Positions 11,377-25,191 of a DNA stretch of 64,000 bases are shown piece after piece. Under the pieces are notes generated by a model, which saw only the letters and a program-made list of their open reading frames with translations, did not search any database and was not told the DNA's origin. Each line of letters begins with the position of its first letter. Position 1 is the stretch's first letter. Where the stretch lies: contig CM059432.1 in NCBI GenBank assembly GCA_030390025.1, positions 106,208,001 through 106,272,000 on the forward strand, in the 5' to 3' direction. Both the position numbers and the translations under genes were made by a program. This DNA comes from Squalus acanthias (lineage: Eukaryota).

Positions 11377-12067
11377 GGGCCGTAATTTGCAGCCCCTACG
11401 GGTGCGTACACACCCGTAGGGGCCGCGCCAGTTCCGGGTTTAGGACATGTGCTGCGCATGCGCCAAAACCCAGAGCTTGCAATCTGTCAAGAATTTTCTT
11501 GACAGATCCAACGTATCCCCGGGAAAAGGGCATCCGCGGGCGGAGAGTTGGGCTATTTGCCCAACTTCAGCCCAGCGAATGCCAGTGAAATTCTTATGCC
11601 TGATAAAAGCAGGCATAAGGCCTGCTTTTACCTAAGAGTTTTAAAAAACAGAAAAATAAAATGTTATCAATAATTTATACATTTATAAACCTGTGAAATA
11701 AGTTTGTTTTGAGCCCCTTTAAAACATGTAAATTTATTTTTCAAAAAATTAAATTTTTGTTTTAAATTTAATTTAAATGCCATTTTAATTAATTTTAAAT
11801 GTGATTTTTTATTTATTTATTTGAAGTGTAGAGGTATTTTTTGGGGTATTCCCATTCATACTTATGGGGATTCCGTATTCCATGTGATCCCAATGGCGCT
11901 TGCAATCCGCCTGCGCCCCTGGAATACATGGGCCTCTGCCCGCGGGTACCCAGGAAGGCCCAGGACTGCAAGTCTCCGTACCTCCCCGGCCCCCAGGTAG
12001 GTGCGGATTTTATTTGCGGATCGGAGGCATATCCCCGTGGAAAGCCTCTGACCGGAAATTCAGGGCC
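11377..12067 (+). mobile_element. Non-autonomous DNA transposon (MITE family M, copy 1)
   Basis: Imperfect TIRs gggccgtaatttgc / ggaaattcagggcc, GC-rich arms and an AT-rich centre. Colinear with 28910-29625 and with the reverse complement of 58155-58925. Confidence 0.8.
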
Positions 12068-12918
12068 AATGTTTCATCCGATCAACATTCTTTGGGAAAT
12101 CTGACAAAAAAGGCACAACCTCCAATGTGAATATACAGAAGACAAGTGACTTGGATTAAAAGTGGTTTCTGTAGGAGAATACACACGTTTGTAGTATTTT
12201 ATTTTACAATATCAACATTTATACAACAGTTAACAAGGTAAAGTTTAAATTGTTTTTTAAACTGCATCTCAATGATCAAACAGAATGTTTCAGGTTAACT
12301 CCCTTTATGAAAGGTCATTAAATGAGGAATGCATTAGGGAATCCATAATTGAGAAAATTATATTTACTCTGTTACTTTAAATGTAAAGAATGCAAATGTG
12401 GAATCCAGCATGAATTGAAAAAGAATTTTGTTTAAAGTCTTGAGCTTTTGTGCACGTTTTTCACAGCAAAACTAGATTAAATACATGGATTACCACCACT
12501 TCCTCTCTCTATTTTTTAAATAAATCAATACTGAACAATTGAACTATTTGTAACAGACTGCTATTATTCAGTGAGCGATCATTACCTCAAACTTTCCAGC
12601 ACTAATGCTGAACAGATGCCAACTACTGCAAGTAGTCCACCTTCCGACCAGATCCTCTTGAATTTGAGGATCAGGGTCACCTAATCATGGTTTCCTGCAT
12701 CTGTGGGGGTTTCCTTAATTCTCAGAATTTTGAATGAAACATCATGTAAAAAGAAGTTTTCTTTTTCTGGAGTGAGGGAGGTGAAGGGGAATGAAATGGT
12801 TGAATAAGCTGCATTTAAATTGTGCCTGCTGATTATGGAATGGAGATATTAATGCAGGAAGCTCACAGTAAAGAAATATCTAATTTTAATCATTTTTAAA
12901 AGTATATACAATACCTGC

Positions 12919-13330
12919 ATCAACAACTTGCATTAATATAGTGTCTTTAACATAGTAAAACATACCAAAGTGCTTCAAGGGAGCGTATTAAGACAAAATT
13001 TGACACAGCCATATAAAATATTAGGACAGGCAACCAAAAGCTTGGTCAAAGAGGAAGGATTTAAGGAGCGTATTAAAAGGAGGAGAGATGGAGAGGTTTA
13101 GGGAGGGAAATCCAGAGCTTAAGGCCTAGACAACTGAAGGCATGGTTGCCTATGGTGTTCCGAAAGAAATTAGGGATGCACAAGAGGCCAGAATTGGAGG
13201 AGCGCAGTGATCTCGAAGGGTTGAAGGAGCTAGGGAGGGACGAGGCCATGGAGGGATGAGAATTTCAAATTCGAGATGTTGCTGGACCATGAGCCAATGT
13301 AGGTTGGGGAGCACAGGGGTAATGGGAGAG
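12919..13330 (-). mobile_element. L2 LINE 3' fragment
   Basis: Reverse complement of the 3' end seen at 16420-16725 (ctaagctctgg..tccctccctaaacctctcc; tail tgcaagttgttg). Confidence 0.8.
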
Positions 13331-13383
13331 AGTGTTGAATTAGCATCAAAATTAATTGCGAGAAAATACTGTTACTTGCTTAC

Positions 13384-13613
13384 ATTAATCTGGAAGCCAG
13401 ACATTAGCCCATGTATGTTTGCAGTGATGATGGTCTCTTGACCACTTGCTCCCGTCTCAGGAATAATAATAGGATTCAGCACAGTCTTCTTTTCCTTCAA
13501 GTTGAGGACGAGACCTAGCTCAGGTAGAGGAAGGCAAGAAGGTCTGCTGAGGCCAAACAAGGTATAGTATACATCCACAGCATCACAGCGAAGTCTCCAG
13601 TCATGGGAAGTTC
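13384..13613 (-). CDS. TAF2: TAF2 coding exon F (230 nt, phase 1-0): GTSHDWRLRCDAVDVYYTLFGLSRPSCLPLPELGLVLNLKEKKTVLNPIIIPETGASGQETIITANIHGLMSGFQIN
   Basis: Inside ORF 13372..13680. Acceptor ttaaag|GA, donor AAT|gtaagc. Confidence 0.95.
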
Positions 13614-15984
13614 CTTTAATTAAATTAAAAAAATGCTGATGCTTGCCATTATCTGCAGCACTGATTTTCAAGACAGGCACTAAATTTATTTTATCTAATC
13701 TCTCAAGACACAGAAACCTAAAATAATGATAGCAAGATGGTGCTATGCACTGAAGTGCTAGTCTGGAACCTATCTTGTGGAGAAAAAAGATTAGATCCCA
13801 CCTGCTGCTGAGTTGCTGATCTCAGCTAGACTGTTGTGACACATTACAAAATAGAGCTGTGGGAGGAATTAGAAGGAGTCTTGTTACTTGCCTCCTAGCA
13901 GCTGCTTGAACAGCAACACTCTTCTTGACTATAGGAGGGGCATAGACCAGGGAGTAAACACTTCACAGGAAAAAAAATAACCAAATAAATGTGGGAGAGA
14001 AGAAATCTAGAATTTTTCTGTAATTACAAACATTAAAAATGGAAATTTTGCCAGGCCAGAAATTTAGCATTTCACTGAATGTTTCTTTAAAGTTCAGCTT
14101 AATCTGGAAAGATCCAAATTGGATTGATACAGATCAGTTCAAATAACCTTAAAAGAAAAAGGACAAAACAATTGTAGCTCAATGGGGTATAATTTATTTT
14201 TGTACAGCTGTTAAGAAGAAAGAGAAATTCTATTTCAAAAAGCTGCTTGGGTAACATACTAATGAGCAGGTTGTCGAGAAAGTTTAGATACTTAAGGTAT
14301 AGCATCATAATGAATCTGTCACCTTTGTCTCAGTTCAAAGTCATTACTATTGGGACTCGTAAGTGTGTGGAGTTGTGGCATGGAGCCTCAGCTACCCACA
14401 AAACCCATGACTAGGAATGAGGCAATTGCTTCACTGCCAAACTCCTTACACAATGTACTCATTGCAGACCCCTGGAAACAGCTGACCTGGAACCTAAAAC
14501 ATTCCTCACTAATTTCATCAACATCAGACGAGACCTATGCTCTCCCTCAGCAGAAAGTCACAGACCTATACAGTAGGACTTAAGCCCATCAGCGCCTTTC
14601 CTAAAGTCAGCCCACAGCAGCGTTAAAATCCAGCACGGCCACCAATTAAGATTCCAGTATTTCCTCCTGTAAGCTTTGTGCAAATTATAAATTGTACACA
14701 GACATCACAATGATTGGTTTATACAATAATTCTGGAATGTATAATAATTCTCTTTTTTCTGGAATCTCTCCCTGACTGACTCAAGTTACCTATACTTCGA
14801 AGTCCTTCCAATATGAAGCCAGTCTGGATCCAAGGCCAGTTTGTGAAACATTCTTCAGGCAGCCATTGCACTGGGAAGGGGGTGGGGGGGGGGGGGGCGT
14901 GGGTGCGGTTAAACTTTAGGTCAGTAGGCTGGCTACAAACAAAAGATTCATGCAACAGGAAATCAACAGTGGAAGAGCATTTTCCCCAGGTGATTTCCTT
15001 CCCTTCTGTATGGGAGATGCTGGGTATTCTAAGGGCACTTTTCCACGGGAGTACAGCTAAGATTGTTGATGCACCATGTGTGGAATTATAGATACGAACC
15101 CACATGCTACTACTCTTCAGGTGCACTCGTGCAAAACCTCAGGTGTTCAAGTTTTTGAATTACACAATATTTCACAAACACACTGAACTGTTTTGTGAAT
15201 ATGACAGTAAGTTGATTTAGAAAAATTCTAACATTTGAACAGATTATTCTGTGTAATATGCAGAATAGTGCTATGGTAAATGTGAAAGTATAATAGTAAA
15301 TGTGATTTTTCTTCTTTTTCTTAAGTTAACTTTCTTCATAACTATAGGAAAGTAGCGACGTTCAAAAGAAATGACGTACTAGAGCATTATACTTTGAGTC
15401 GAGATATATGGTTCTCACCATGTTGCATTAAAAAAAATCTACAAATAATTTAGTCTCTTTTCCGGAGATAGTCTTGCATTTTTAATATTGAAAAAAGTGC
15501 ATCAAAACTTATCAAGCCAATAAGCTAATTCTGTTTCATATTTTAAGCATTCACATTTCAGTCCTCTATTTATGTGACAGTACTTTATTAATTATTAAAC
15601 TCCCTGGCAATCGCCTAATGCTATTTCTCAATAAACTGCCAGTTACAGTTCAATTATTAATCACCTTGTGTAAATGTTCAATGTCAAGGACATAAAGCAC
15701 ACTGGCAGCTAATGTCCACAATGATAGGTACTGCTAACCCAAAGTAGAATACAAATATCCACAAAGTTAAAATTATATGTAGTACTGTACATATTATAAA
15801 CTATAAGTATGGAGATAATTAAAAATTACAAGGGTTTTACATATTTATAAATTGCTTAAGCTTCACTTTCACAGTCTATGTCCTGAAACCTATCCATTAG
15901 CTATATTTTTATGTTTTTTTGTTAGAAATTGATATCCAGCATAACAAATAGTACATATTTTGCAGAAATACAAGGTGGCTGAAA

Positions 15985-16870
15985 GACCAGAGACAGTAGG
16001 ATAGGCATAAGGCTGGAGAAGGTTACAAAGATAGGGTGAGGCAAGGTCATGTGGGGATTTGGAGGACAGGGAGCCAATGCAGCTCAGTGAAGACCGGATA
16101 ATGGACAGTCAGAGACAGTACAGATACGGATGGGTGGCTGAGTTTTGGACAATTTGACGTTTATTGAAGACGGAAATGGAAGGGCAGCAAGTAGGAGCAA
16201 AGACAAGGGGTATTACAGAGGTAGAAATAAACAGTTTTGTTAATGGGCAGGACGTGGGGTTTGAAGCTCAGCTCAGGGTTGAACAGGTTGCAAAGTTTTG
16301 CATGGTCTGGTTCAGCCTGAGCAAGAGGGAATGGAATAAGTGAGAAAGGAGCAGAGTTTATAATGGAGGCCAACAACAATGGCTTTGGTCTTCCAAATGG
16401 ACTTTTGACTTATTCATGACCCTCCGAGATATCTGCGCTCCTCTAATTCTGGCTTCATGAGCAGCCTGATTATAATCACTCAACCATTGGTGGCCGTGCC
16501 TTCAGCTGCCGAGGCCCTAAGCTCTGGAATTCCCTCCCTAAACCTCTCCGCCTCTCCTCCTTTCAGATGCTTCTTAAAGCCTACTGCTTTGACAAAGCTT
16601 TTGGTCATCTGCCCTTATATCTCCTTATGTGGCTCGGTATCAAATTTTGTTTTAGAACGCCTGTGAAGCGCCTTGGGACGTTCTACTACGTTAAAGGCGC
16701 TATATAAATACAAGTTGTTGTTGTTATCAGTCGGTAGAATTGCGGAAGGTAGGTAGAGTGAGGTGTTGTCAGCATACATATGACAACTGACCCCCATGTC
16801 TGTGAATGTCACAAAGGGCTGGCATGTAGAGAAAGAGACTAAGCATAGATCATCTGAGGACTCAGGTAAT
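15985..16870 (-). mobile_element. Old L2 LINE fragment interrupted by an opposite-strand L2 3' end
   Basis: ORF remnants (HMYADNTSLYL; LCNLFNPELSFKPHV...KTVYFYLCN) on both sides of 16420-16725. Confidence 0.65.
16420..16725 (+). mobile_element. L2 LINE 3' end with (GTT)n tail
   Basis: GGRAFS...P.LWNSLP coding remnant, then gtgaagcgccttgggacg...ggcgctatataaatacaagttgttgttgtt. The terminal motif is shared with the DeuSINE tail. Confidence 0.85.
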
Positions 16871-17126
16871 GGTCTTATTTATTTATAAATCAAATAAATT
16901 AACAATCTGGATGTTTACCCATCAATTCACTCTAAAGTGCACAGGTCTCAAAGGGTCTTTGCTATCGCAATTTTTAAGAAATCATTAAGCTGGCTTATGT
17001 TGTTTGTTTTTCTATGATTTATTATATTAATGTTAGTAATGCAAAAAAAAATATTGGCAACATGGGGATTCAAAGCACAAACCCACATTGCATCAGTTTA
17101 TGACACAATGCATTAAAAACATCATA

Positions 17127-19089
17127 GGGGCTAAATTGGATAGCCCCCAAAAATGGGCACAGCCATATCCTAACAACTGCACCACGAGCCTCAGCCACTA
17201 TTCAAATTACCACTCCAACACTCACCTACCACCAATCGCTATCAATCAGGACTCATACCTAACATGCATATGTTCCACCTCACCCTCACACACTTAGCAC
17301 TGTTGCAAGCCTCACACCCACATCTCTCAGCTCGTAAACACTGCCAGCTATTCAACCATGACAGCCACATCACCCAAACAAATTGTACAACACTCACTGA
17401 CACACTTCCCTCTCTCTTACAGGAGAAGGTGGTGCACAACTGGAGGCAGCAGGAACTAACCAGAGAGAGACAGGTGCTGCATGCTCTAACCCCCATGGAG
17501 GAGATGGTGTTGACCATTGTCGGAAGTGCCATTGCTGAGGCCGTGGCCAGCGCCGGGGCTGAATCCATTTATGATGGACCCAATTATGATGCAGCGTCAC
17601 AGCTTCCATCAAAAATCAGAGTCCTGCAGTGGAAGCTCACACTGAAGGCGTGCAAGATCAACTTGCTGCCATGCAAGCTCAGACTGCTCTCATTCAAGCT
17701 CAACTTGCTGCCATACAAGCTCAGACTGCTCTCATTCAAGCTCAGCTTGCTGCCATGCAAGCTCAGACTGTTGCCATCATGGCTGCAGGTACCAGTATTC
17801 AAAGGGGCTAGCATGGTGTCACAGCAGTCCAGCAAACTGTCCATCAAATTACTAGGATTGCTGAGGCGCCACCTGGGGGCGTAGCAGTGGCTCCATGGCA
17901 CACGAGCCTGATGTCCTCCCACTCCGCCAGTGCCCTTGCTGTTGCCTGTCAGCCAGCCAGCCCAGACTGCTGCTGCCCATAACCAAGATGGTGCAGTCTG
18001 AAACATGGCCTTCTAGGCCCAGAGCTGCTCGACATCGCCCTCCAAGGCCATCTGCAGTCTCCTCCACTGAAAGTCAGCAGCCTTCCACCAACCATACTGC
18101 GGCCACTGCGTAGGAGCACTAGGACAGGCAAAGGCACACAGAAGGCGGGCATTAAGGGAATGCATAAGGGTGATTAGTTTACGCTTGTATGCAATATATA
18201 GCATGATTTCATTTATAAATTTGGTTTGTAATGTTTATTTTGTGATGGGTTTTATTTTTGCATTGTGGCCAAGAGGACGCAGTGATAGTCAGTAACAAAG
18301 CGATGGTAAGGAGTGTGGGACTGTTGGTGAATGGGGAATTGGGGTTGCGGTTCCAGTTCCTAGTATCTCATTTGAATTAGTTCTTCACGTACAGCGCAGG
18401 CAGAAAGGGACTGTCTAAGTTGCCGCCTCCCTTCCACATCCTTGTGCTCTTGCTCCTCAGCTTCTCGCCTGATAGCTGGTGGCAAGGTCTGTCCACTAAT
18501 GAAGGCAAGGTTATGCAACATGCAGCATACCACCACAAATCTTGAGACCCACTCAGCCGAATACTGCAGGGCTCCTCCAGTCATGCTTTATTCCAAGAGA
18601 AGACCTACTAGTGCACCCATGTCTGGGAGCAACTAGTTTGTGCAGAAGCCTTGAAGTCACCAAAAAGTACTTCAGCACCTGCCACACCACTCCCTGTAGA
18701 CTTTTGAAACAACTATGGAAAGCAGTAAAAACCATGTGGAATTGTAGGAACAGACAGAAGAAATTAACCAGCAACTAAGCTGTAAGTAGTTGATGATTGC
18801 TTTAAATAGCGTTGGTGGTGGGGTCCTTCCTGCTGCTTAACGAATGTTCAGCTGTATGAGCTTGAGGGGGCATCGGCTGGACTGCTGAGCTCATTGATTG
18901 ATTTACGTCATGATCTGCCTGCTCTGCATACTTCCGCCAGACGTTCACTGCTCGTGCGGCAACACCTGCACCAAGATGGCGTCCGGCGCCCTTCGCACCA
19001 TAAGTGGCGCGCGCCGCGGATACCATTTTGAAACTCGGGCACTCATAGCTCCCAAAAAATGGGCGCTGCCAAACACAATTTCTTGCTCC
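17127..19089. mobile_element. Internally deleted PIF/Harbinger DNA transposon
   Basis: Minus-strand transposase C-terminus GGALQYSAEWVSRFVVVCCMLHNLA (18360-18584, HARBI1-like). Convergent plus-strand accessory (Myb/SANT-type) gene remnant after acceptor cttacag|GAG at ~17421. Imperfect TIRs ggggctaaattg / caatttcttgctcc. Flanked by ata...ata. Confidence 0.85.
17659..17778 (+). repeat. 42-bp tandem repeat (~2.8 units) inside the Harbinger accessory gene
   Basis: Unit caacttgctgccatgcaagctcagactgctctcattcaagct, reading QLAAMQAQTALIQA in ORF 17629..17811. Confidence 0.85.
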
Positions 19090-19739
19090 ATATTTTCACT
19101 TCAACAGTTTGCAACATTAATTTTGAAATGAAACAGAAGATTAACTCACCACCATAATGAAATTATATTTTAACACCTCCAGTACTTAACTGCCACAGTA
19201 TACATTAGTCGTATTTTCCAAACAGCTTTAATTACTGATAAAACAGCAAACTAACCAAGTTTCAGAACTGATAAAAACAGGATATACACACGCACTTAAG
19301 CTGAGGACATGTTCACCAAGTGTAATTAAAATCTATATGGCAGGCAGGGGTATCGTAAGCTGCCAGCAATCTCCCAATAACTTTTACAGACTCATTAATT
19401 CTTGTACATTAAGATTAACAAAGCAAAAAAAAATCAGCTTTACTGCAAGATACCACCATAAAATAAGTTTATGTGCAAGGCTCTGTTAATTAGCCAAGTG
19501 CTGTGAAACAGTGCATTAGTAATGCTGGAAGACTTTGTGCAACAATAATCTCAGAACAGATCAAGAGGCCCTGCTAAATCCCAGCTGTGCCACTTGTTTT
19601 CTGAGCAGAAAGAAACTGTGTAGCCCTATGTATAGGATAACACAAAGGCTGGATTGTGTTACAAGGCAGTAACGCTTCAAGGAGGTTGAGATGGTCAAAA
19701 ACCATAAGAGAAATTGGAGCACTTTGTTGTTATCTTGAC

Positions 19740-20940
19740 GCCAAGAGTAGACAATGGTAATGCAGTAGATGTAATTTATCTGGATTTTCAAAAGGCCTTC
19801 GATAAGGTACCCCATAATAGACTGATGAACAAGGTCAGAGAATGCAGAGTCAGGGGACAAGTAGCAGAATGGATTGCTGGCTGGCTTCAGGACAGAAAGC
19901 AGAGAGTAGGAGTAAAGGGTAGCTATTCATAGTGGCAGAAGGTGAGTAGTGGTGTTCCACAAGGATCAGTGCTGGGATCACTGCTGTTCACAATTTGCAT
20001 TAACGATTTAGACTTAGGAATCAAAAACACAATTCCTAAATTTGCAGACACCAAATTGGGGGGATAGTCAATACTGAGGAGGACTGCAACAAATTACAGG
20101 AGGACATTAATAAACTTGCAGAATGGGCATATAATTGGCAAATGAAGTTCAACACAGATAAATGTGAGGTATTGCATTTTGGTAGGAAGAATAGGGAGGT
20201 CACTGATCACTTGGAGGGTGGGAGTCTAGGTGGGGTACAGGAACAAAGGGATCTCGGAGTACAAATACACAAATCACTAAAAGTTGCAACACAGGTTAGC
20301 AATGCCATAAGAAAAGCAAACCAAGCACTAGGGTTTATTTCTAGAGGTATAGAATTGAAAAGTAGAGAAGTTATGCTAAACCTGTATCGAACCTTGGTTA
20401 GACCACACTAGAGTACTGCGTACAGTTCTGGTCGCCATATCATAAAAAGGATATAGAGGCACTGGAAAGGGTGCAGAGAAGATTTACAAGGATGATGCCA
20501 GAAATGCGAGGGTATACATATCAGGAAAGGATGAACAGGCTGGGTCTCTTTTCTCTTGAAAAAAGGAGGCTGAGGGGTGACCTAATGGAGGTCTTTAAAA
20601 TTATGATAAATTTTGATAGAGTGGATAGAGAGAGAATGTTTCCACTTGTGGGGAAGAGCATAACTAGAGGTCATCAATATAAGATAGTCACCAAGAAATC
20701 CAATAGGGAATTCAGAAGAAACTTCTTTACTCAAAGAGTGGTGAGAATGTGGAACTCGCTACCACAGGGAGTGGTTGAAGCGAATAGTATAGATGCATTT
20801 AAGGGGAGACTAGACAAGCATATGAGGGAGAAGGGAATAGAGGGTTATGCTGATAGATTTAGATGAGGAAAGACGAGAGGAGGTTCGTGTGGAGCATAAA
20901 CGCCAGCATGGCCTGTTTCTGTGCCGTATATCCAATGTAA
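19740..20940 (+). mobile_element. CR1 LINE 5'-truncated copy (separate family)
   Basis: VDVIYLDFQKAFDKVPH...KCEVLHFG...RRNFFTQRVVRMWNSLP, followed by a 3' UTR. Confidence 0.92.
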
Positions 20941-23011
20941 GATGTGTTAAAACCTTGAAACATGCTCCATAACATAATTCTTTACAATTTATACATAGAT
21001 GGAGTTGTGGAAGCACTCTCTCTCAATTTTTATAAAGTGCTGAGTTTTTATTGCTTTTGCCAGTACTCATGAACGATTCCTTCAGCCATCCCCCATGAAC
21101 ACAGGATGTTTGGGCTACCTGTTAGCTCCAGCATTCAATGGTCAGTAGAGAGAGCCTAGGAGGAGTAATGGTCAAAGACGCCTGTGCTCGCACTCTCAAC
21201 ATGGCTGTGCACAGGCCTCAGCAGCATCACTAAGTTTTCAACAGATGAAAAGAGCATTTTTGAGGAGCTCGGATTGCCTTCTTCCTCCAGCTGCGGAAGG
21301 CCTCCAACCCTGCACAGCAAGTCTCTGCTCCCAGTTTGGTGCAATTCCCTAGCAGAGAACCAGGAGAATAAGAACCAACAGATACTGAATTGCAGGTGAA
21401 GTTGATGAGTGGTTATCGAAGAGGTGCTGCAATATATCGTAGGGCCACTCTTCATTTTTGTCCCAGCTTTTGCATGGCCTCTAATGGGCAATTCCTGAAA
21501 GCGGTCTAAGTACCCCAAAGCAGTTTTGATCATATAAAAATGGCTAATTGACTAACTGCTGGCACACAGCATTCGGGTACCCTTGGCACACCCAGTGCTT
21601 GGAGGCACACAAAAATATTCAAACTAGCTGACAATGCATTATTGGGCAAAGTCAGCTCAGCTGGGCGCAGGTACAGCCAGTGCATTATTCGTTGAGGTTC
21701 TGGCACCACTGCACCAGACCGCATTATTGGTCCCATTGTGTTTCCTTATGAATTGCAGCTGCATAAATATGTTTACATTCTATTTCTCTAGAACAGCAAA
21801 TAAAGATATGTCCAATACAAAGCTGTATAAAAACAAGCATGGCACAAATGGTAATCAACTGAGGAAGGGAAAAAACACTAATCGTAAACAACACTTAATT
21901 CAGAATTTGTATTTAGTGCATAAAAACCTGAAAAATGAATTTGTTTTATTTTATTAAATTTGTGGCTGGGTAACCGTACAGTCAATATTGTAGCCCAACA
22001 GCACAAATGAAAGCTGCAATTTCCATTAGGCATCTCTCTCTCCCCCACACACAATTTCTCCACAGGATCCAAAACTTTCTATCAGTAGTCACGTGATTGC
22101 TTTGTACTTTATCAGATATTCAACCAACCTATTGGCAAGTTAATTATTTTGTTCAAAACAGTAGAAGCTTTTGCATTTTTGTTGCATTATTATTTCCAGC
22201 GGACATGTACCTCACACCACAAAGGCCGACTCCCCTTCCCAGCGATAACCTCTCAGTAAGCTGCGGACTATTGCTGATGTATTCTGGGAGTATTTTTCAC
22301 CATGGGTTTCAATTTTAATGTATAGTTCATTTTACTTGGAGCAAGATTCCAATTCTTTACTATTAATACAGTAAATATCTCAGATCAAGAGAATTACTGT
22401 TATTTTGCAGTTTCCTTATGAAACTAATATTGATTATTTGGAATACAGGACAGCAGCGTAGTGCCGTTCACTGGAGCACGAACAGACTTAATTTTGAAAC
22501 AGATCAAAGTGGGTGCACATCTATAACACCCAGAATCATAAATTGTCAATCTCAGTCATACACCATGGAAAGTCAACAAAGCACAAGACAAGAACTATTC
22601 AAAAGGGAAGTAGCAAAAATCATTGGGAGAACATCCGCAGGCCATTCATGCATATTTAACAATTGACGAAACAGCACCAATAGGAAAGGATTGAGAGCAA
22701 GTCACCATCAGCCCTTTCAGATGGGATGGTGCCTGGAATAAGAAGAAAAATACCAAAAGACAGTTTAAATGTTTTTTTTAAAAAAAACAATCAGATGTTT
22801 CAGTCTCATTGCTGAGGCATAACTGAAGACTCTTCCAAAATGAAGTACTGTACTTCTTTTAACATACACAAAACTCTCCAGGGTCTCATTAATGGATTAT
22901 TCCCAACCCTCAATAACTATACGCTTTTAATGTTCAGTAACTTCAGAATTTTACATACTTTTGCATAATCCCGCATAACCACAGCAGGTTCTTTATAGTG
23001 TATATAAATGT

Positions 23012-23969
23012 TCCTGCAGCATCCTAGGCCCAGCTATCTACAGCTGCTTCAATGCCCATCTCACAATCACAAGATCAGAGGTGTGGCTGTTTGCTGATGA
23101 TTGCAGTGTTCAGCTCTATTTACAATTCCTCAGATAATGAAACAGTCCGGGCTAGCATGTAACAAGACCTGGACAGCATCCAGGCTTGGGCTGATAAGTG
23201 GCAAGCAACATTTGTGCCACACAAGTGTCAGGCAATGACCATCTCCAACAAGAGAGATCACCACCATGTCATGACATTCAATGGCATTACCATTGGCGAG
23301 CCCTCCACCATCAACATCCTAGGGATCACCATTGACCACAAACTGAACTGGACCAGCCATATAAATGCTGTGGTTACTAGAGGAGGTCAGAGACTGGGCA
23401 TTCTGTGGCAGGTGGCGCACCTCCTGACTCCTCAAAATCTCTTCACCATCAACACGGCACAAGTCAGAAGTGTGATGGAATATTCTCTAATTGCCCGGAT
23501 GGGTGCAGCTCCAACACTCAAGAAGCTCAACACTATCAGGTCAAAGTAGTCTGCTTGATCGACACCCCATCCACTGGCTTAAACATCCACTCCCTCCACT
23601 ATCGGCTGCAGTGTGTACTATATACAAATGCACTGCACCAACTCACTAAGGCTTCTTTGGTAGCACCTCCCAAACCCGCAACCTCCACCACCGAGAAGGA
23701 AAAGGGCAGCAGGTGCAAGGGAACACCACCACCTCCAAGCTGCCCTCCAAGTCGCACACCACCCCGACATGGACCTATATCGCTGTTCCTTCATTGTCTC
23801 TGGGTCAAAATCGTGGAACTCCTGACCCAACAGCATTGTGCGAGCACCTTCACCACATGGACTGCAGTGGCTCAAGGCGGCTCATCACCACCACCTTCTC
23901 AAGGGAAACGGGCTGGGAAATAAATGCCGGCCTTGCCAGCGGCGCCCACATCCCAAGAATGAGTAAAAA
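23012..23969 (+). mobile_element. CR1-group LINE 3' fragment (divergent family)
   Basis: SILGP, LFADD, WADKWQ.TF.PHKCQAM and VRSVMEYS motifs. 3' end aataaatgccggccttgccagcggcgcccacatccc. Confidence 0.8.
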
Positions 23970-25191
23970 GAATGCTCCTCGCCGAAGAGCCCAGGACACT
24001 GCGTGGTGGTCAAAAAAAAAATGCACCCTTCTGGATCTTAAATGACTTGCATAATGATACTGAAAGGAATTATCTGGTATCAATGGAGCTTTGGAGTATA
24101 CTGTGCATTTACTTGTACATATTTGGAATAAATTTCTCAACAAGGCCTTATAATATAGTAGTTTAAAAATATCTAGTTTCCTTCCTCAAAATTAGGTAAT
24201 TTTGTTCATTTTAGGTCACACTGTCTTTACAAAATTCTACACCCATTTGCTGACTTTTCCTCAGTCATCGGTAACAAGCAATTTGGCAGCACTTCACTTT
24301 TAAAGACCCACGTTGTCAGCTAGACTTGTTCTTTAGTGAGCCCATCATTTCCCATAATGACAAAGCATTTCAAAGATCACTGGTAGCCTGAGAATTTCCA
24401 GATATCAACTGATGAATTCGAGGTTGTTACTGGAAATCTTTAAGCCAAGCTGTGGAAGCCTGGAATTCTCCATCTACACTAGTCTTGAGATATATACACA
24501 CATTTGCTATGTTTCTGTGTAAACCACATGTAAACTCAATGATCTAAGGTGTAATGATCAGCACTATGCATGTATTTGCTGTAAAATACCTAGATTAGTT
24601 ACAGTTTAGTGCAGGTTATATGGTTTTATTATCAGCAGAGTTGGAGGTGCTGGTTATGTAAAGGTGCGATCAATGTTTTTCTCGTCGGCTGCTCAGTGTA
24701 AAAGTTGCAATTGGTACCAAAATCCAGAATTTACAATAGGTTTCTTACAATTGTTAAATGACCCCTGAGGCAACAATATTTTTAATTTGATCCTCTCTCC
24801 AGTCAGAAATTGTCTTTTTGTCAACACTATAATGCTTCAATCAATAACTGCTAGCATCTTTCAACAGATTTATAATTTCCAACTTTTGCAACCAGATTGT
24901 TTTTCCACATTTTCTTACAATAAAAATGTGCGCAACGTTTTTAAATGCCACATTAAATCAGCACACTCATGCTGTTCAATACATAAGCAACTGCTATTAA
25001 ACACAGTAGCAAGTACTGCACGAACAACTCATTCATTGCCGACAACCACATAAACCAGACAATGAACCCCGAGTCAATCAATTGTTGACTGACACTGACA
25101 GTAGAGTTTATTAAAACATCTGCTTGTGATGTCAGCATTATAAAAAGGAACACACCACGACTCCGGAGATTTTGAGGCTAAAAGACTCACA

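Noticed and set aside
17264..17884. 206-aa ORF as a host gene
   Set aside because: It starts in intron-like sequence and changes frame relative to the repeat ORF. It lies within Harbinger termini, so it is a transposon remnant.
21060..21740. Possible RTE LINE tail and decayed MITE
   Set aside because: Only a vague resemblance; no motif or TIR that I could support by eye.
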